A stretch of DNA of 53,728 nt. Source: Thermomicrobium sp. (GTDB lineage Bacteria > Chloroflexota > Chloroflexia > Thermomicrobiales > Thermomicrobiaceae). Below are positions 40,219 to 49,832 of the stretch, piece after piece. How positions within the stretch are numbered: the first letter of the stretch is position 1; each line of letters begins with the position of its first letter. The stretch lies in NCBI GenBank assembly GCA_034435855.1, contig DAOTWO010000347.1, positions 1 to 53,728 of the forward strand, written 5' to 3'. The notes under the pieces are model-generated. The model was not told the origin of the DNA, searched no databases, and saw nothing but the letters and a program-made list of their open reading frames with translations. Made by a program: the position numbers and the translations under genes.

Positions 40219-41316
40219 GTGCACGTTGTCATCATCGGAGCCGGACTCATCGGGTTGAGTATCGCCTACGCACTGACGCAACGCAACGCAAGTGTTACCG
40301 TTCTGGAACGGAGGAAGACCGCCGCAGCTGGGACAAGTGACGCGAGCTTTGCCTGGGTCAATGCGAGTGCCAAGACAGACAACAAAGCATATTTTCTCCT
40401 CAACTGGGCCGGTTTGCAAGCACACGAGCGGCTTGCTGAGGAGCTTGGCAATGACGCCTGGCTCCACCGGGTCGGTAATATGGAGTGGGTGTCTCCCGAT
40501 TCCTTGCCGGTGCTTTCAGCGCGCGTCGACTATGCGAGCACAATGGGATATGACGCACAGCTGGTCCCCGCTGCCACCCTCAACGCCGAACTGAACCTCC
40601 CCCTACCGCTTGACCCAGACTACCCCGTCGCCTGGTTTCCTCGCGAAGCCTGGGTCGACGTTCCCCTCCTCGCTCAAATCTTGACGACCACCATCGTTCA
40701 GCACGGTGGCACCATCCGCACGGCGAGCCAGGTCAACGCCATCACGCAACAGGGCAGCCGCGTCACTGGCGTTACGCTCACCGACGACCAATGGCTCGCG
40801 GCCGATGCCGTCGTCAATGCTGCTGGCCCTGATGCTCATCGAATCGCTCAAATGGTTGGTCGACAGCTCCCGCTCCGTCCAGAACCCGGACTGCTCCTGT
40901 CGCTCGCTGTTGACAGTATGGAGTTGCCTTGCATCATACACACCCCGGAGATCAATCTCCGGCCTGCCGGTGAGGGTCGCCTCCTCCTACACCACCAATC
41001 AGTGGACCGAACGCTGGGTGACGAGCTCGACCTCGCGCCTGACGCACCACCGTGCCGCGAACTCCGCGAACGCGCACAGCGGCTCTTCCCTGCACTCGTT
41101 GCAGCCACCTCCCTTCGTGCTGCCATCGGCATTCGTCCGATCCCTGCCGACGGCTACCCATGCGTCGGCCAGGCTCCAGAACTCGACGGTTATTTCGAGG
41201 CCATTACCCACAGTGGCATCACCCTTGGTCCGGTCCTCGGGGACCTCCTTGGAGAAGAGATCCTCAGCCGGAGAGTCGATCCACTGCTGGCCCCCTTCCG
41301 CCCTAACCGCTTCTAG
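40219..41316 (+). CDS. FAD-dependent oxidoreductase (DAO / glycine oxidase family)
   Basis: IIGAGLIG, VVNAAG, RPIPADGYP, HSGITLGP and terminal FRPNRF. Confidence 0.9.
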   Translation: MHVVIIGAGLIGLSIAYALTQRNASVTVLERRKTAAAGTSDASFAWVNASAKTDNKAYFLLNWAGLQAHERLAEELGNDAWLHRVGNMEWVSPDSLPVLSARVDYASTMGYDAQLVPAATLNAELNLPLPLDPDYPVAWFPREAWVDVPLLAQILTTTIVQHGGTIRTASQVNAITQQGSRVTGVTLTDDQWLAADAVVNAAGPDAHRIAQMVGRQLPLRPEPGLLLSLAVDSMELPCIIHTPEINLRPAGEGRLLLHHQSVDRTLGDELDLAPDAPPCRELRERAQRLFPALVAATSLRAAIGIRPIPADGYPCVGQAPELDGYFEAITHSGITLGPVLGDLLGEEILSRRVDPLLAPFRPNRF

Positions 41317-41327
41317 AGCGGCTCGGC

Positions 41328-41869
41328 TCAACCGCCCACAGCACCGAACAGGGCACCCATGACTGCCATTGGGACCACAACAAAAATGAAATACACGATC
41401 CAGGAGACAATAGCCGTCAGGATCGCACGACCCGTCGAGAAATCGCATGCCTGCCGGATTGCGACGATGCTCGCCACCAAGATCCAGATCGCCACAACAA
41501 AATCACCACGCCACCGATCACCGGCACGATACCAAGAACCCGGAGAACACCCGGCGCTTGCGCAAAACCCAGCGTGCGTACCAGTTGTCCCCAGGTCGCC
41601 CGCGTCTCCTCTGTCGCAAAGACCTTCGCACCGATGAGATACGCAATCCCAGCGTACAGTACGAACCCGATCACCGCGAAGATGACACCGACAATCGCAC
41701 CCAAAATGCCAGTGTCTCGGAGACTGCCTATTCCGTTGGCAATGCTCGCCAGCACCACAATCGCCAGTGCAGTCCCAGTCGCTGCTTCGTCATGCTCTAC
41801 TGCCTCGTAGGCTTGCGGGTCAAATCGCGCCACACCGATTGCCCGCTCAATTGCGCTCGCCGACGCCAT
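41328..41869 (-). pseudogene. YIP1-family membrane protein, frameshifted at the 4-base A run 41499-41502
   Basis: YEAVEHDEAAT...RTLGFAQAPG; adding one T on the coding strand restores IFVVAIWILVASIVAIRQACDFSTGRAILT...GG*. Confidence 0.8.
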
Positions 41870-41908
41870 TCCTGCCTCCTTCGCCTCTCACTCGGGCCGG
41901 ACCTTTTC

Positions 41909-41937
41909 AGTTTCAAGAAGAGAAGCTTGTATGTCAA
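41909..41937 (-). promoter_or_regulatory. Candidate sigma70 promoter for the YIP1-like gene
   Basis: On the minus strand: TTGACA, 17 nt, GAAACT. Confidence 0.4.
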
Positions 41938-42053
41938 TAGGGATTCGGCACATTCTTGTGAAACGGCTGCAACCCCACCTCTCCGCCCGGAACACAAGAC
42001 GCTACACTTGAGTCAAAACAGGCCTTTGTCACCACGCTTCCCGGAGGAAGCGC

Positions 42054-42338
42054 ATGCACGGTGAATACAAGACGCCAGGCGGAAAACTTGTCCAGATCGA
42101 TCTCGACGTCGTCGAAGGACACTTGCGCAACGTCCGCGTGACGGGAGACTTCTTCCTTGAGCCTCCCGAGGCGCTCGATGTCATTGCCGGGGCACTTGAG
42201 GGCGCTCCTGCCGACGCGAGTGAAGAGGAACTCGCCCACAGAATTGCACGGGCACTCGCAGGATTCCCCGGACGCGTCGAGCTTCTCGGTTTTTCCCCTG
42301 AGGCCGTTGCACGAGCAGCACGGAGGGCACTCTCGTGA
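42054..42338 (+). CDS. Lipoate-protein ligase accessory (C-terminal-type) subunit, LplB-like
   Basis: MHGEYKTPGGKLV...VTGDFFLEP; GGAGG RBS. Confidence 0.85.
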   Translation: MHGEYKTPGGKLVQIDLDVVEGHLRNVRVTGDFFLEPPEALDVIAGALEGAPADASEEELAHRIARALAGFPGRVELLGFSPEAVARAARRALS

Positions 42339-43114
42339 GCGAACTGGCACGCTGGCGGAAGTATCGCTGGCAGTTGATTTCCGGTGAGGCATTCGACCCG
42401 GCGATGCAGATGGCACTCGATGAAGTCCTGACTTACCGTGTGGGAAGAGGTGAGCGTCCGCCCACCGTGCGTTTTTGGGAGTGGACCGCACCCGCAGTCG
42501 TCATCGGTCGTTTCCAGTCGCTCCGCAACGAGGTCGATCTCGAGGAAGCGAACCGGCACGGCATCACCGTCGTTCGCCGCATCACCGGTGGTGGGGCTAT
42601 GTTGACCGAGCCCGGCCGCGTCATCACCTATTCCATCTATGCTCCACCCGAACTTGTCGCCGGAATGTCCTTCCAGGAGTCGTATGCCTTCCTCGACGCC
42701 TGGGTCGTTGAGGCACTGCGAGCCCTGGGTATCGACGCCTGGTACCAGCCCATAAACGACATCACCTCAGCCAACGGCAAGATCGGTGGCGCCGCTCAAG
42801 CGCGCCGCCACGGTGCGGTCCTCCACCACACCACCATGGCCTACGACATCGATCCGGAAAAGGTACCGCGTGTTATTCGCATCGGTCGCGAAAAGCTAAG
42901 TGATAAGGGCGTTCGTAGCGCAGAGCGCCGAGTTGCACCGCTTCGCCAGCAAACGAACCTCCCGCGCGAGACGATCCAGGAGTTTCTCATCCGGACGTTC
43001 GCTGAACGGCATGGGCTTGAAGAAGGCACTCTTCGTCCCGACGAGATCGACGAAGCGCGTGAGCTTGTTCGCACAAAGTTCGGTACCTGGGAATGGACGG
43101 CGATCCTGCCCTGA
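42335..43114 (+). CDS. lplA: Lipoate-protein ligase A catalytic subunit
   Basis: VIGRFQ, RRITGGGA, PINDI, KIGGAAQ and LHHTT. Confidence 0.92.
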   Translation: MSELARWRKYRWQLISGEAFDPAMQMALDEVLTYRVGRGERPPTVRFWEWTAPAVVIGRFQSLRNEVDLEEANRHGITVVRRITGGGAMLTEPGRVITYSIYAPPELVAGMSFQESYAFLDAWVVEALRALGIDAWYQPINDITSANGKIGGAAQARRHGAVLHHTTMAYDIDPEKVPRVIRIGREKLSDKGVRSAERRVAPLRQQTNLPRETIQEFLIRTFAERHGLEEGTLRPDEIDEARELVRTKFGTWEWTAILP

Positions 43115-43117
43115 CAA

Positions 43118-43489
43118 TCACCGGAAAAGCTTCGAGCCCGTTCCGCGTCGGCGACGTCCCTCTTCCAGGATCGCCGCAATTTCTGCTTTTGTGAACAAGC
43201 GCTCGCAAAACGTCGGCACCAGACGCGCTCCGGGTCGTGGCCGCTGCATCCCGCGCACAAGAACCCCTTGCTCGGTCTGGAGGATCAGCACGTCCTGCAG
43301 CTGCTCTTCGTCGATGAAACGCCCGACCGCCCGCAGGATGTCCTCGTACCGATACACCAGGAGCTCGCCACTCGCTCCCGCCACGCTTTCCTCATCGACC
43401 GAGGACGTCCGATCATTCGGCGGTGTGGCGTCCCGTTCTCTTCCCTCGGCGCGCGCTGCTGCACCTCGGCCAGTCAGCCGCCGCAGCAT
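43118..43489 (-). CDS. Hypothetical protein
   Basis: AAGGAGG RBS; directly follows the VWA gene; globular-looking core YRYEDILRAVGRFID. Confidence 0.7.
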   Translation of the reverse strand: MLRRLTGRGAAARAEGRERDATPPNDRTSSVDEESVAGASGELLVYRYEDILRAVGRFIDEEQLQDVLILQTEQGVLVRGMQRPRPGARLVPTFCERLFTKAEIAAILEEGRRRRGTGSKLFR

Positions 43490-43506
43490 AAGCCCTCCTT
43501 GCCACC

Positions 43507-45600
43507 TTACCGTAGATGAAACCGCTTGTTCACCACATAGTCCATGACGATGTACTCACCAAGATGGTCGGGCGTCGCGAAGAAGGCACGTCCTTTATTA
43601 ATCCGTGTCATCTCATTGACAAAGCTTGCCAAATAGGGGCTCCGCTCCAGCATAAAGGTATTGATCACAATCTCCTCGCGTGTACAGCGAGCGACCTCCT
43701 TCAAAGTCTCCTGGAAGGTCTGGTACGTCGGCGGGTAGGAGAAGCGCACTTGCTCACCATCGAAATAAGCAGTCGGTTCCCCATCCGTGATCAAGATGAT
43801 CTGACGCGTCCCCCCGCGATGTCGCGAGAGCAATTGCCGCGCCAGCATGAATCCATGCTGCATGTTTGTCCCATAGTTGTATTCGTCCCAGGTGATATGC
43901 GGCAGCTCCTCCGGCGTGAGCACCGAAGCCAGGTAGGAAAAGCCGATGATGTACAGCGTGTCACGGGGAAATTGCGTCCGAATTAAGCTGTCCAGCGCCA
44001 ACGCGACCTTCTTCGCCGCGAGGAAGCAGCCGTTGTAGAGCATCGACCGGCTCATGTCCACCATCAGCACGGTTGCCGCACGACTGGTCGACTCCGTACG
44101 GAAGACCTCAAAGTCAGCCGGCTGCAACCGCACCGGCGTCCCCGGTCCTTCTCGCTGCACGGCATTCATAACTGTTCGCGGAAGGTGCAGCAAGAACGGG
44201 TCACCAAATTCGTAAGGCTTCGTCTCTTCGATCGGCTCCCCGCCACGTCCACTCCGCTCGATCTGGTGTTGCCCGAACCGGTCACGCTTCAAGTGTTGGA
44301 AGATCTCCCGCAGCGCCTTCTGCCCAATCTTCCGGATTGCTCGCGGCGTCAGTTCGTACCCGCGCCGTGTCCGCTGAATGTACCCAGCCTCCTCGAGCAG
44401 TCGCGTGATCTGCCGCAGTGCGTCGAGCTGGGCGGCGAGCTCGTCACCGTACAGCTCACGTAGCCGTTCCAGGTCAACTCGCCCCAGATCGCGCCAGTCG
44501 CGCACCCCCTCAAGCTGCTCCTCGATCTCTTGCATGGCCCGCAGCTGCTCCATAAGACGCAGGGCCTGTCCCAGCGTAAGTTCCTCACTCCCGCTAAATG
44601 ACTGAGCCTGCCGATACGGGTTGTCTGGCATCAGCTGCCCCAACAGCCGACCCAGCTGCCGGAGCTCATGCTGAAGCTCGGGATCGCGGAGCGCCGCATC
44701 CAGCGCCTCTTCCAACTGCTGGCGCATCTCCGGCGGAAGTGAGTCCAAGAGGCTCTGCATCGCCGCCATCTGTCGTGCCAGGTGATCCAGGAGCTCCTCC
44801 ACACTGTTGAAGTCACGGCCAAAATAGTGACCCCAGCGATGCTTGAACCGTTCGAGATCTGGCTGCCCACCACGCGCATGCTCTTGCAAAAGCTCATTGA
44901 GGTCGCGCAGCATCTGCCGGAGCTCGCCAATCGCTTCCGGCGTCAGGTTCTGAATCGCCTGTTGGAGCCCCTGGAACGTCTGTTCCAGGACCTGTCGCTG
45001 CAGCGCAGCAAGGAGTTCCTGAAATTTACGCCGCGCTTCTGGGTCCATGAACTCGTACTCAGTGAGCGCCCGGATCCGCCCAGCCGGATCCGGCGGCAGC
45101 TGATCCAAGAAGGAGAGCTTCTGCTGTGCCATTCGCTCGAGCAGGCGCTGCAGCGCTGGATCAGGCGGACTCATCTCCTCCGCTCCCGCCTCACCCGCGC
45201 TCTCCTCCTCTCCTTCGTGTGCACCGTGCGTCTGCTGCTCCCGGGCGCGAGCCAGCCGTTCGCGCCCCTCTTGCACGCGCCGCTCAATCCCCGCCCGTTC
45301 GGTCTGGATCACATCCTCCAGGCGGCGAGTCAGATCCTCAAGCACCGACCCCGGGTCATAGCGCTGCAGCAACTGGCGTCTCTGCTCTCGGAGCCGCTCC
45401 AGGAGTTCCCGGAACCCCGGCATGCGGGCATCCGGCCGATCCATGCCCCACCGGAAGAGGCGCTGCAACGCCCGATTGACGTCCCCTTCCGCCAGGAGGT
45501 CGTCCGCCATCGCCTCCAGGAGTTCGTCAGCGGTGAATGCGTCAATGTTCTGCGTTCCGTCCCAGCGAGAGTAGCGAAATCGGTATGGCGTGGTCTCCAT
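43507..45600 (-). CDS. VWA domain protein, partner of the adjacent AAA+ ATPase
   Basis: YSRWDGTQ N-terminus; MIDAS motif DMSRS, TN and ITDGEPT. Confidence 0.92.
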   Translation of the reverse strand: METTPYRFRYSRWDGTQNIDAFTADELLEAMADDLLAEGDVNRALQRLFRWGMDRPDARMPGFRELLERLREQRRQLLQRYDPGSVLEDLTRRLEDVIQTERAGIERRVQEGRERLARAREQQTHGAHEGEEESAGEAGAEEMSPPDPALQRLLERMAQQKLSFLDQLPPDPAGRIRALTEYEFMDPEARRKFQELLAALQRQVLEQTFQGLQQAIQNLTPEAIGELRQMLRDLNELLQEHARGGQPDLERFKHRWGHYFGRDFNSVEELLDHLARQMAAMQSLLDSLPPEMRQQLEEALDAALRDPELQHELRQLGRLLGQLMPDNPYRQAQSFSGSEELTLGQALRLMEQLRAMQEIEEQLEGVRDWRDLGRVDLERLRELYGDELAAQLDALRQITRLLEEAGYIQRTRRGYELTPRAIRKIGQKALREIFQHLKRDRFGQHQIERSGRGGEPIEETKPYEFGDPFLLHLPRTVMNAVQREGPGTPVRLQPADFEVFRTESTSRAATVLMVDMSRSMLYNGCFLAAKKVALALDSLIRTQFPRDTLYIIGFSYLASVLTPEELPHITWDEYNYGTNMQHGFMLARQLLSRHRGGTRQIILITDGEPTAYFDGEQVRFSYPPTYQTFQETLKEVARCTREEIVINTFMLERSPYLASFVNEMTRINKGRAFFATPDHLGEYIVMDYVVNKRFHLR

Positions 45601-45624
45601 GACACACCTCCTGGCGAGGATCCC

Positions 45625-47025
45625 TCAACTTCGGTAGCGCGCTGGCCCGCGACCGGCCGCACGATCTTTGTTCAGGCGCCGGTTCAGATGGAGGCCCTCA
45701 AGGACAAACTCGACCGCTGCTGCGACCAGAGCCGGATCACCAGTCGCCCCCAGCCGTTGCGCCGCCCGCCGGAGGCTCTCAATGTGCGAGACCTGGTGCA
45801 CATACCGCATCGCCGGCTGCAGGTCCGACACCTCGACCGTCAGTCCATTCTCAAAGGCGAGGAGAAGATCATCGAAGTCACGAACTGAGAAGTAGCGATT
45901 GAAGGTCGCCGCTACGGCTCCATTTATCAATTTTTCGATGATCCGCTCTTCCTGCACCTCGCCCAATGTCTCGAACTCAAGTTTCCCAAGCGTCGAGGCA
46001 ATGAGTGCAGGCAAGTCGCTGATCCGGGGTACGGCATGCTTCTCCCCGAGCCGGATCGCTCGCTTCACTGCATTACTCACCAGTGTTTCATAGTTCGCCA
46101 CCGACATACGGGCACTCACGCCTGACCGCTGGCTGATGTCCGGGCTGCGCCGAGCCAGGTGCGTGATTTCGGCAACAATCTCACGCATGTACTGCGGCAC
46201 CGTCACCGTGATTCCCGGGACCTCCACTGGCGTTCGCTCTTGCTCCATGATCTCAATCTCGTGCTCAATCGTCCGTGGATAATGCGTCCGGATTTGCGCT
46301 CCAAAGCGGTCTTTGAGCGGCGTGATGATCCGACCGCGGTTCGTATAGTCCTCCGGATTGGCGCTCGCCACCACAAAAATGTCCAGCGGCAGGCGTACCC
46401 GATACCCGCGGATCTGGACATCACGCTCCTCCATGATGTTGAGCAACCCTACCTGGATCCGCTCGGCAAGATCCGGGAGCTCATTGATGACGAAAATGCC
46501 GCGATTCGTCCGCGGGATTAGCCCATAGTGAATAGTCAATTCATCCGAAAGATATCGCCCCTCTGCCACTTTGATCGGATCGATCTCACCAATCAGATCA
46601 GCAATTGTGGTATCGGGCGTGGCCAACTTCTCAGCATAGCGTTCCTCGCGCCGAATCCACGCGATGGGCGTTTCATCACCCATCTCGGCGATCAGATCAC
46701 GCGCATACTTGGAAATCGGCGCAAATGGGTTATCGTTCACTTCGCTTCCGGCGACGATCGGAATTTCTTCATCAAGGAGATTTACCAGAAGCCGAGCCAT
46801 CCGCGTCTTGGCCTGCCCACGCTCCCCCAGGAAGATGATGTCCTGCCCAGCCAGAATCGCGTTCTCCACCTGCGGGATCACCGTCTCCTCGTACCCGATA
46901 ATCCCCTCGAAGATCGGTTCCCCCGCCTGGATCTTGGCAATCAGGTTCTTCCGCATCTCCTCCCGTACTGGGAGGACACGGTAACCGCTCTCGCGTAGCT
47001 CGCCCAGCGTTCGTGGCTTGTCCAT
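45625..47025 (-). CDS. AAA+ ATPase (MoxR/Mg-chelatase-like, mycobacterial Rv0958-type)
   Basis: PRTLGELR, GERGQAKT, INELPDL and ASANPEDYTNRGRIITPLKDRFG. Confidence 0.9.
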   Translation of the reverse strand: MDKPRTLGELRESGYRVLPVREEMRKNLIAKIQAGEPIFEGIIGYEETVIPQVENAILAGQDIIFLGERGQAKTRMARLLVNLLDEEIPIVAGSEVNDNPFAPISKYARDLIAEMGDETPIAWIRREERYAEKLATPDTTIADLIGEIDPIKVAEGRYLSDELTIHYGLIPRTNRGIFVINELPDLAERIQVGLLNIMEERDVQIRGYRVRLPLDIFVVASANPEDYTNRGRIITPLKDRFGAQIRTHYPRTIEHEIEIMEQERTPVEVPGITVTVPQYMREIVAEITHLARRSPDISQRSGVSARMSVANYETLVSNAVKRAIRLGEKHAVPRISDLPALIASTLGKLEFETLGEVQEERIIEKLINGAVAATFNRYFSVRDFDDLLLAFENGLTVEVSDLQPAMRYVHQVSHIESLRRAAQRLGATGDPALVAAAVEFVLEGLHLNRRLNKDRAAGRGPARYRS

Positions 47026-47053
47026 CCTAACCCTCGACCTCCGTGCGCTTGTT

Positions 47054-47962
47054 TCATCCCTGGTTCGCCTTTGGTGTCCCCTCAATCCTACTCTCCTCGT
47101 AGGCCCCGTCAACTTCTTCTGTTAACTTACGCGCACGAAATTCTGCGAGCACCGCCCGGAAGGCGTCCAATCCCCGAACCCCCTCGGTCACCCATCGGGC
47201 CAGTTGCCGCTGCCGCCAGGCCAGCTGACGGCTCGCCTCTTCAAGGGAAAGACCAAAACGTTCTGTCAGCGTCGCCAGGAACGCAGCCGGATAGACAGCC
47301 AAGGATGACCGCAGTGTTTCACGTCTGGCCAGTACATGCGTCGCGAGCTCGGCTCCACGCACTCGGACAGCTTCTACGCAAACAACGCGACGAAGTAGGC
47401 CTTCATTCCCGATACCCATCCCAAGCGTCACGACCACATCGATGGCGCGCAGGTGTTCAGTGGGCACCTCCAGAGGAAAGCCTTGCAACAACGAGAACAC
47501 CTCTTCCGCGCCCTGCGCATGCACCGTCGCTCCCAAACGCCAACCCTCGGCCAACAGGGCAAAAACCCGTCGCACCCCTCTCCCCCAGAGGTAGATCGGC
47601 AAGTGATCACTGATCTCGTTGACTAAAAGGTACGTCGTGCCAGGATCGTGGGTTGTGACAAAGTCAAAGCGCTCGTACCAGCCACGCAGGTAATACCGCT
47701 TCGTCTCAGGCGGAAGCAACTCTACCAGCGCACTCAGGAGTGTTGTCTTCCCGGCTCCGTGTTCGCGTGCGGCAACGAGAACCGTCGCCCGCTGCTCGAG
47801 CGTCATCCAGAGGAAGGCAGCGGTCGCGGCATCAAGACTCCCGAGTCGGACCAGATCGACCAGGGACAAGTCACTCCCAGAGCCAACACCAAACCTTCCC
47901 CACCAGTCGGTTGAGGGGAAAGGCGCATCATCATCTTCGCGAAAGCGCCACCGTCGTTCCAC
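47054..47962 (-). CDS. VirB11/CpaF-like secretion ATPase domain protein lacking the N-terminal domain
   Basis: LSLVDLVRLGSLD, GAGKTTLL, LLVNEI and GATVHA His box. Confidence 0.75.
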   Translation of the reverse strand: MERRWRFREDDDAPFPSTDWWGRFGVGSGSDLSLVDLVRLGSLDAATAAFLWMTLEQRATVLVAAREHGAGKTTLLSALVELLPPETKRYYLRGWYERFDFVTTHDPGTTYLLVNEISDHLPIYLWGRGVRRVFALLAEGWRLGATVHAQGAEEVFSLLQGFPLEVPTEHLRAIDVVVTLGMGIGNEGLLRRVVCVEAVRVRGAELATHVLARRETLRSSLAVYPAAFLATLTERFGLSLEEASRQLAWRQRQLARWVTEGVRGLDAFRAVLAEFRARKLTEEVDGAYEESRIEGTPKANQG

Positions 47963-48060
47963 GCCCCCAACTATACAGTCTCAGGACGAGGCGTAGACGG
48001 ATGCCGGGGAAACGCGCGGGCACGCAGGACAAGCAGGACTCGCGCTGCAGACCGCTTCTC

Positions 48061-48094
48061 TGCCGGTGAGGCGGGTCAGCCCTCCTCACCGGCA
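48061..48094. terminator. GC-rich hairpin downstream of citrate synthase
   Basis: 11-bp inverted repeat TGCCGGTGAGG / CCTCACCGGCA; no U-tract. Confidence 0.5.
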
Positions 48095-48112
48095 TGCATC
48101 GCAAGACGTCTC

Positions 48113-49225
48113 CTATCCACGCTGATCGATCGGCACATAATGCCGATTGGTCGGCCCCACATACTCCGCCCGCGGTCGAATCAGACGGTTGTCTGCCTGC
48201 TGTTCCAAAATGTGCGCTGTCCACCCGCTAATGCGGCTTGCGGCAAAGACCGGCGTCATGAGCTCCTTCTCGATCCCGAGATAGTGGTAAACCGACGCCG
48301 CATAGAAATCAACGTTGGGGAACAACCCCTTCTCCCGTGCCATCACGTCGGCAATGGCAACCGAAAGCTCATACCAGCGCACATCACCCCGTGCCGCACC
48401 AAGCCGTCGCGAGAGATCGCGTAGCCACTTCGCCCGCGGATCCTCGCCCTTATACACGCGGTGCCCAAAGCCCATGATCCGTTCTTTCCGCGCCAGCTTT
48501 TCCCTGATATAGGGCTCCACCTGGTCAAGTGTCCCTATCTCTTCCAACATCTGCATGACCGCCGCATTGGCCCCACCATGCAACGGTCCCTTCAGCGCCG
48601 CGATCGCCGCCGTGACCGCCGCATGCATGTCCGCCAGTGTTGCTGCGACCACACGTGCGGTGAAGGTCGAAGCGTTGAACTCGTGGTCTGCGTGGAGCAC
48701 CAGGATCTTGTTCATTGCCTCCACTTCGAGCTCGCTCGGCTCACGGTCATGCAACGTGCGTAAGAACGCCCGAGCGGTGCTCAGTTCGTCAACTGGTGGC
48801 ACCACCGGCTCGAGGCCGCGACGCAGACGAGCAATCGTGGCCACAATCGTTGGTACCTGCGCCACCAAACGCAGCCCCTTAGCAACAGCAGCCTCCCGCG
48901 CGACGGTATTCGGATCCTCCTCGTACCAGGCCAGTGCCGACACTGCCGTCCTCAAGAGATCCATCGGCACCGCCCGTGGCGCCCGAGCCAGCAGTTGAAC
49001 AACACCGTCCGGCAATGCACGGTGCGCCGCGAGTTGCTGCTGGAGCCCCGCTAACTGCGCACGCGTCGGAAGTTCCCCGTAGTACAACAGGTAGACTACC
49101 TCTTCGTAGGACGCCTCGGCAGCTAGCTCGTCGATCTCAATCCCCCCATAGGCCAATGTGCCATCGATGATCGAGCTGAGCCGTGTGGTTCCTGCCACGA
49201 CCCCTTCTAGACCGCGAGCCACCAT
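48113..49225 (-). CDS. Citrate synthase (short type; citrate/2-methylcitrate synthase family)
   Basis: GLEGV, DHEFNAST, GPLHGGAN, GFGHRVYK, PNVDF and RLIRP. Confidence 0.96.
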   Translation of the reverse strand: MVARGLEGVVAGTTRLSSIIDGTLAYGGIEIDELAAEASYEEVVYLLYYGELPTRAQLAGLQQQLAAHRALPDGVVQLLARAPRAVPMDLLRTAVSALAWYEEDPNTVAREAAVAKGLRLVAQVPTIVATIARLRRGLEPVVPPVDELSTARAFLRTLHDREPSELEVEAMNKILVLHADHEFNASTFTARVVAATLADMHAAVTAAIAALKGPLHGGANAAVMQMLEEIGTLDQVEPYIREKLARKERIMGFGHRVYKGEDPRAKWLRDLSRRLGAARGDVRWYELSVAIADVMAREKGLFPNVDFYAASVYHYLGIEKELMTPVFAASRISGWTAHILEQQADNRLIRPRAEYVGPTNRHYVPIDQRG

Positions 49226-49832
49226 TGCCGTCCTCCTCCACCCACATCACTTGACGAAGCTGGACGTTCCTTGACGATGCTGGAACGCCCACCGCTACCT
49301 TTACCGCATCATCACTCCGGTGTAAAGCTCTGCAACAAGGTCAGCAATGACGCGGTCAACCCCCTGCAAGCACCAGCGTTCCCCCCACCTCTCCATCACA
49401 CCAGAGAGGCTGGCTGCGCCACCAGCGTCAGCAGCCCGATGGATGCAAGCACGCACAACAAGCTGTTCCTTTCCCAAATATCGCTTTTCCATCACAGGGT
49501 CTTCCGCTTTCGACCGGAGTAAACGCTGGCAGGGAACGCCAGCCTCTAATATCAGCGCTCGATTGCCACTGCACCTGGCGTGCCAGGAAAGCAACACTGT
49601 CGCCAATGTTGTCGAGGCGTCCACCCTTGTATGCCACGTACCGTCGCGTGGGATCCCATGATGGGTCCGCACGTGACACCGAGCAACAATCAATCAGGAT
49701 GCACCTGAGCTCGACAAGATGCGCCACACGCGCCTCAGGAAAAAAACCTGGTGACCTGTCTGATCAAGGCCACGAAAGACGTCAGAAAGAGTGAAGGGAT
49801 AGGCGACAGGCAGTCTCAAAGGAGCAGTACCG

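Noticed and set aside
44782..45888. 368-aa antisense ORF
   Set aside because: Shadow of the VWA and AAA+ genes.
49301..49693. 130-aa minus-strand ORF between citrate synthase and the propeller gene
   Set aside because: No recognisable motif or strong RBS; cannot be supported, though not excluded.
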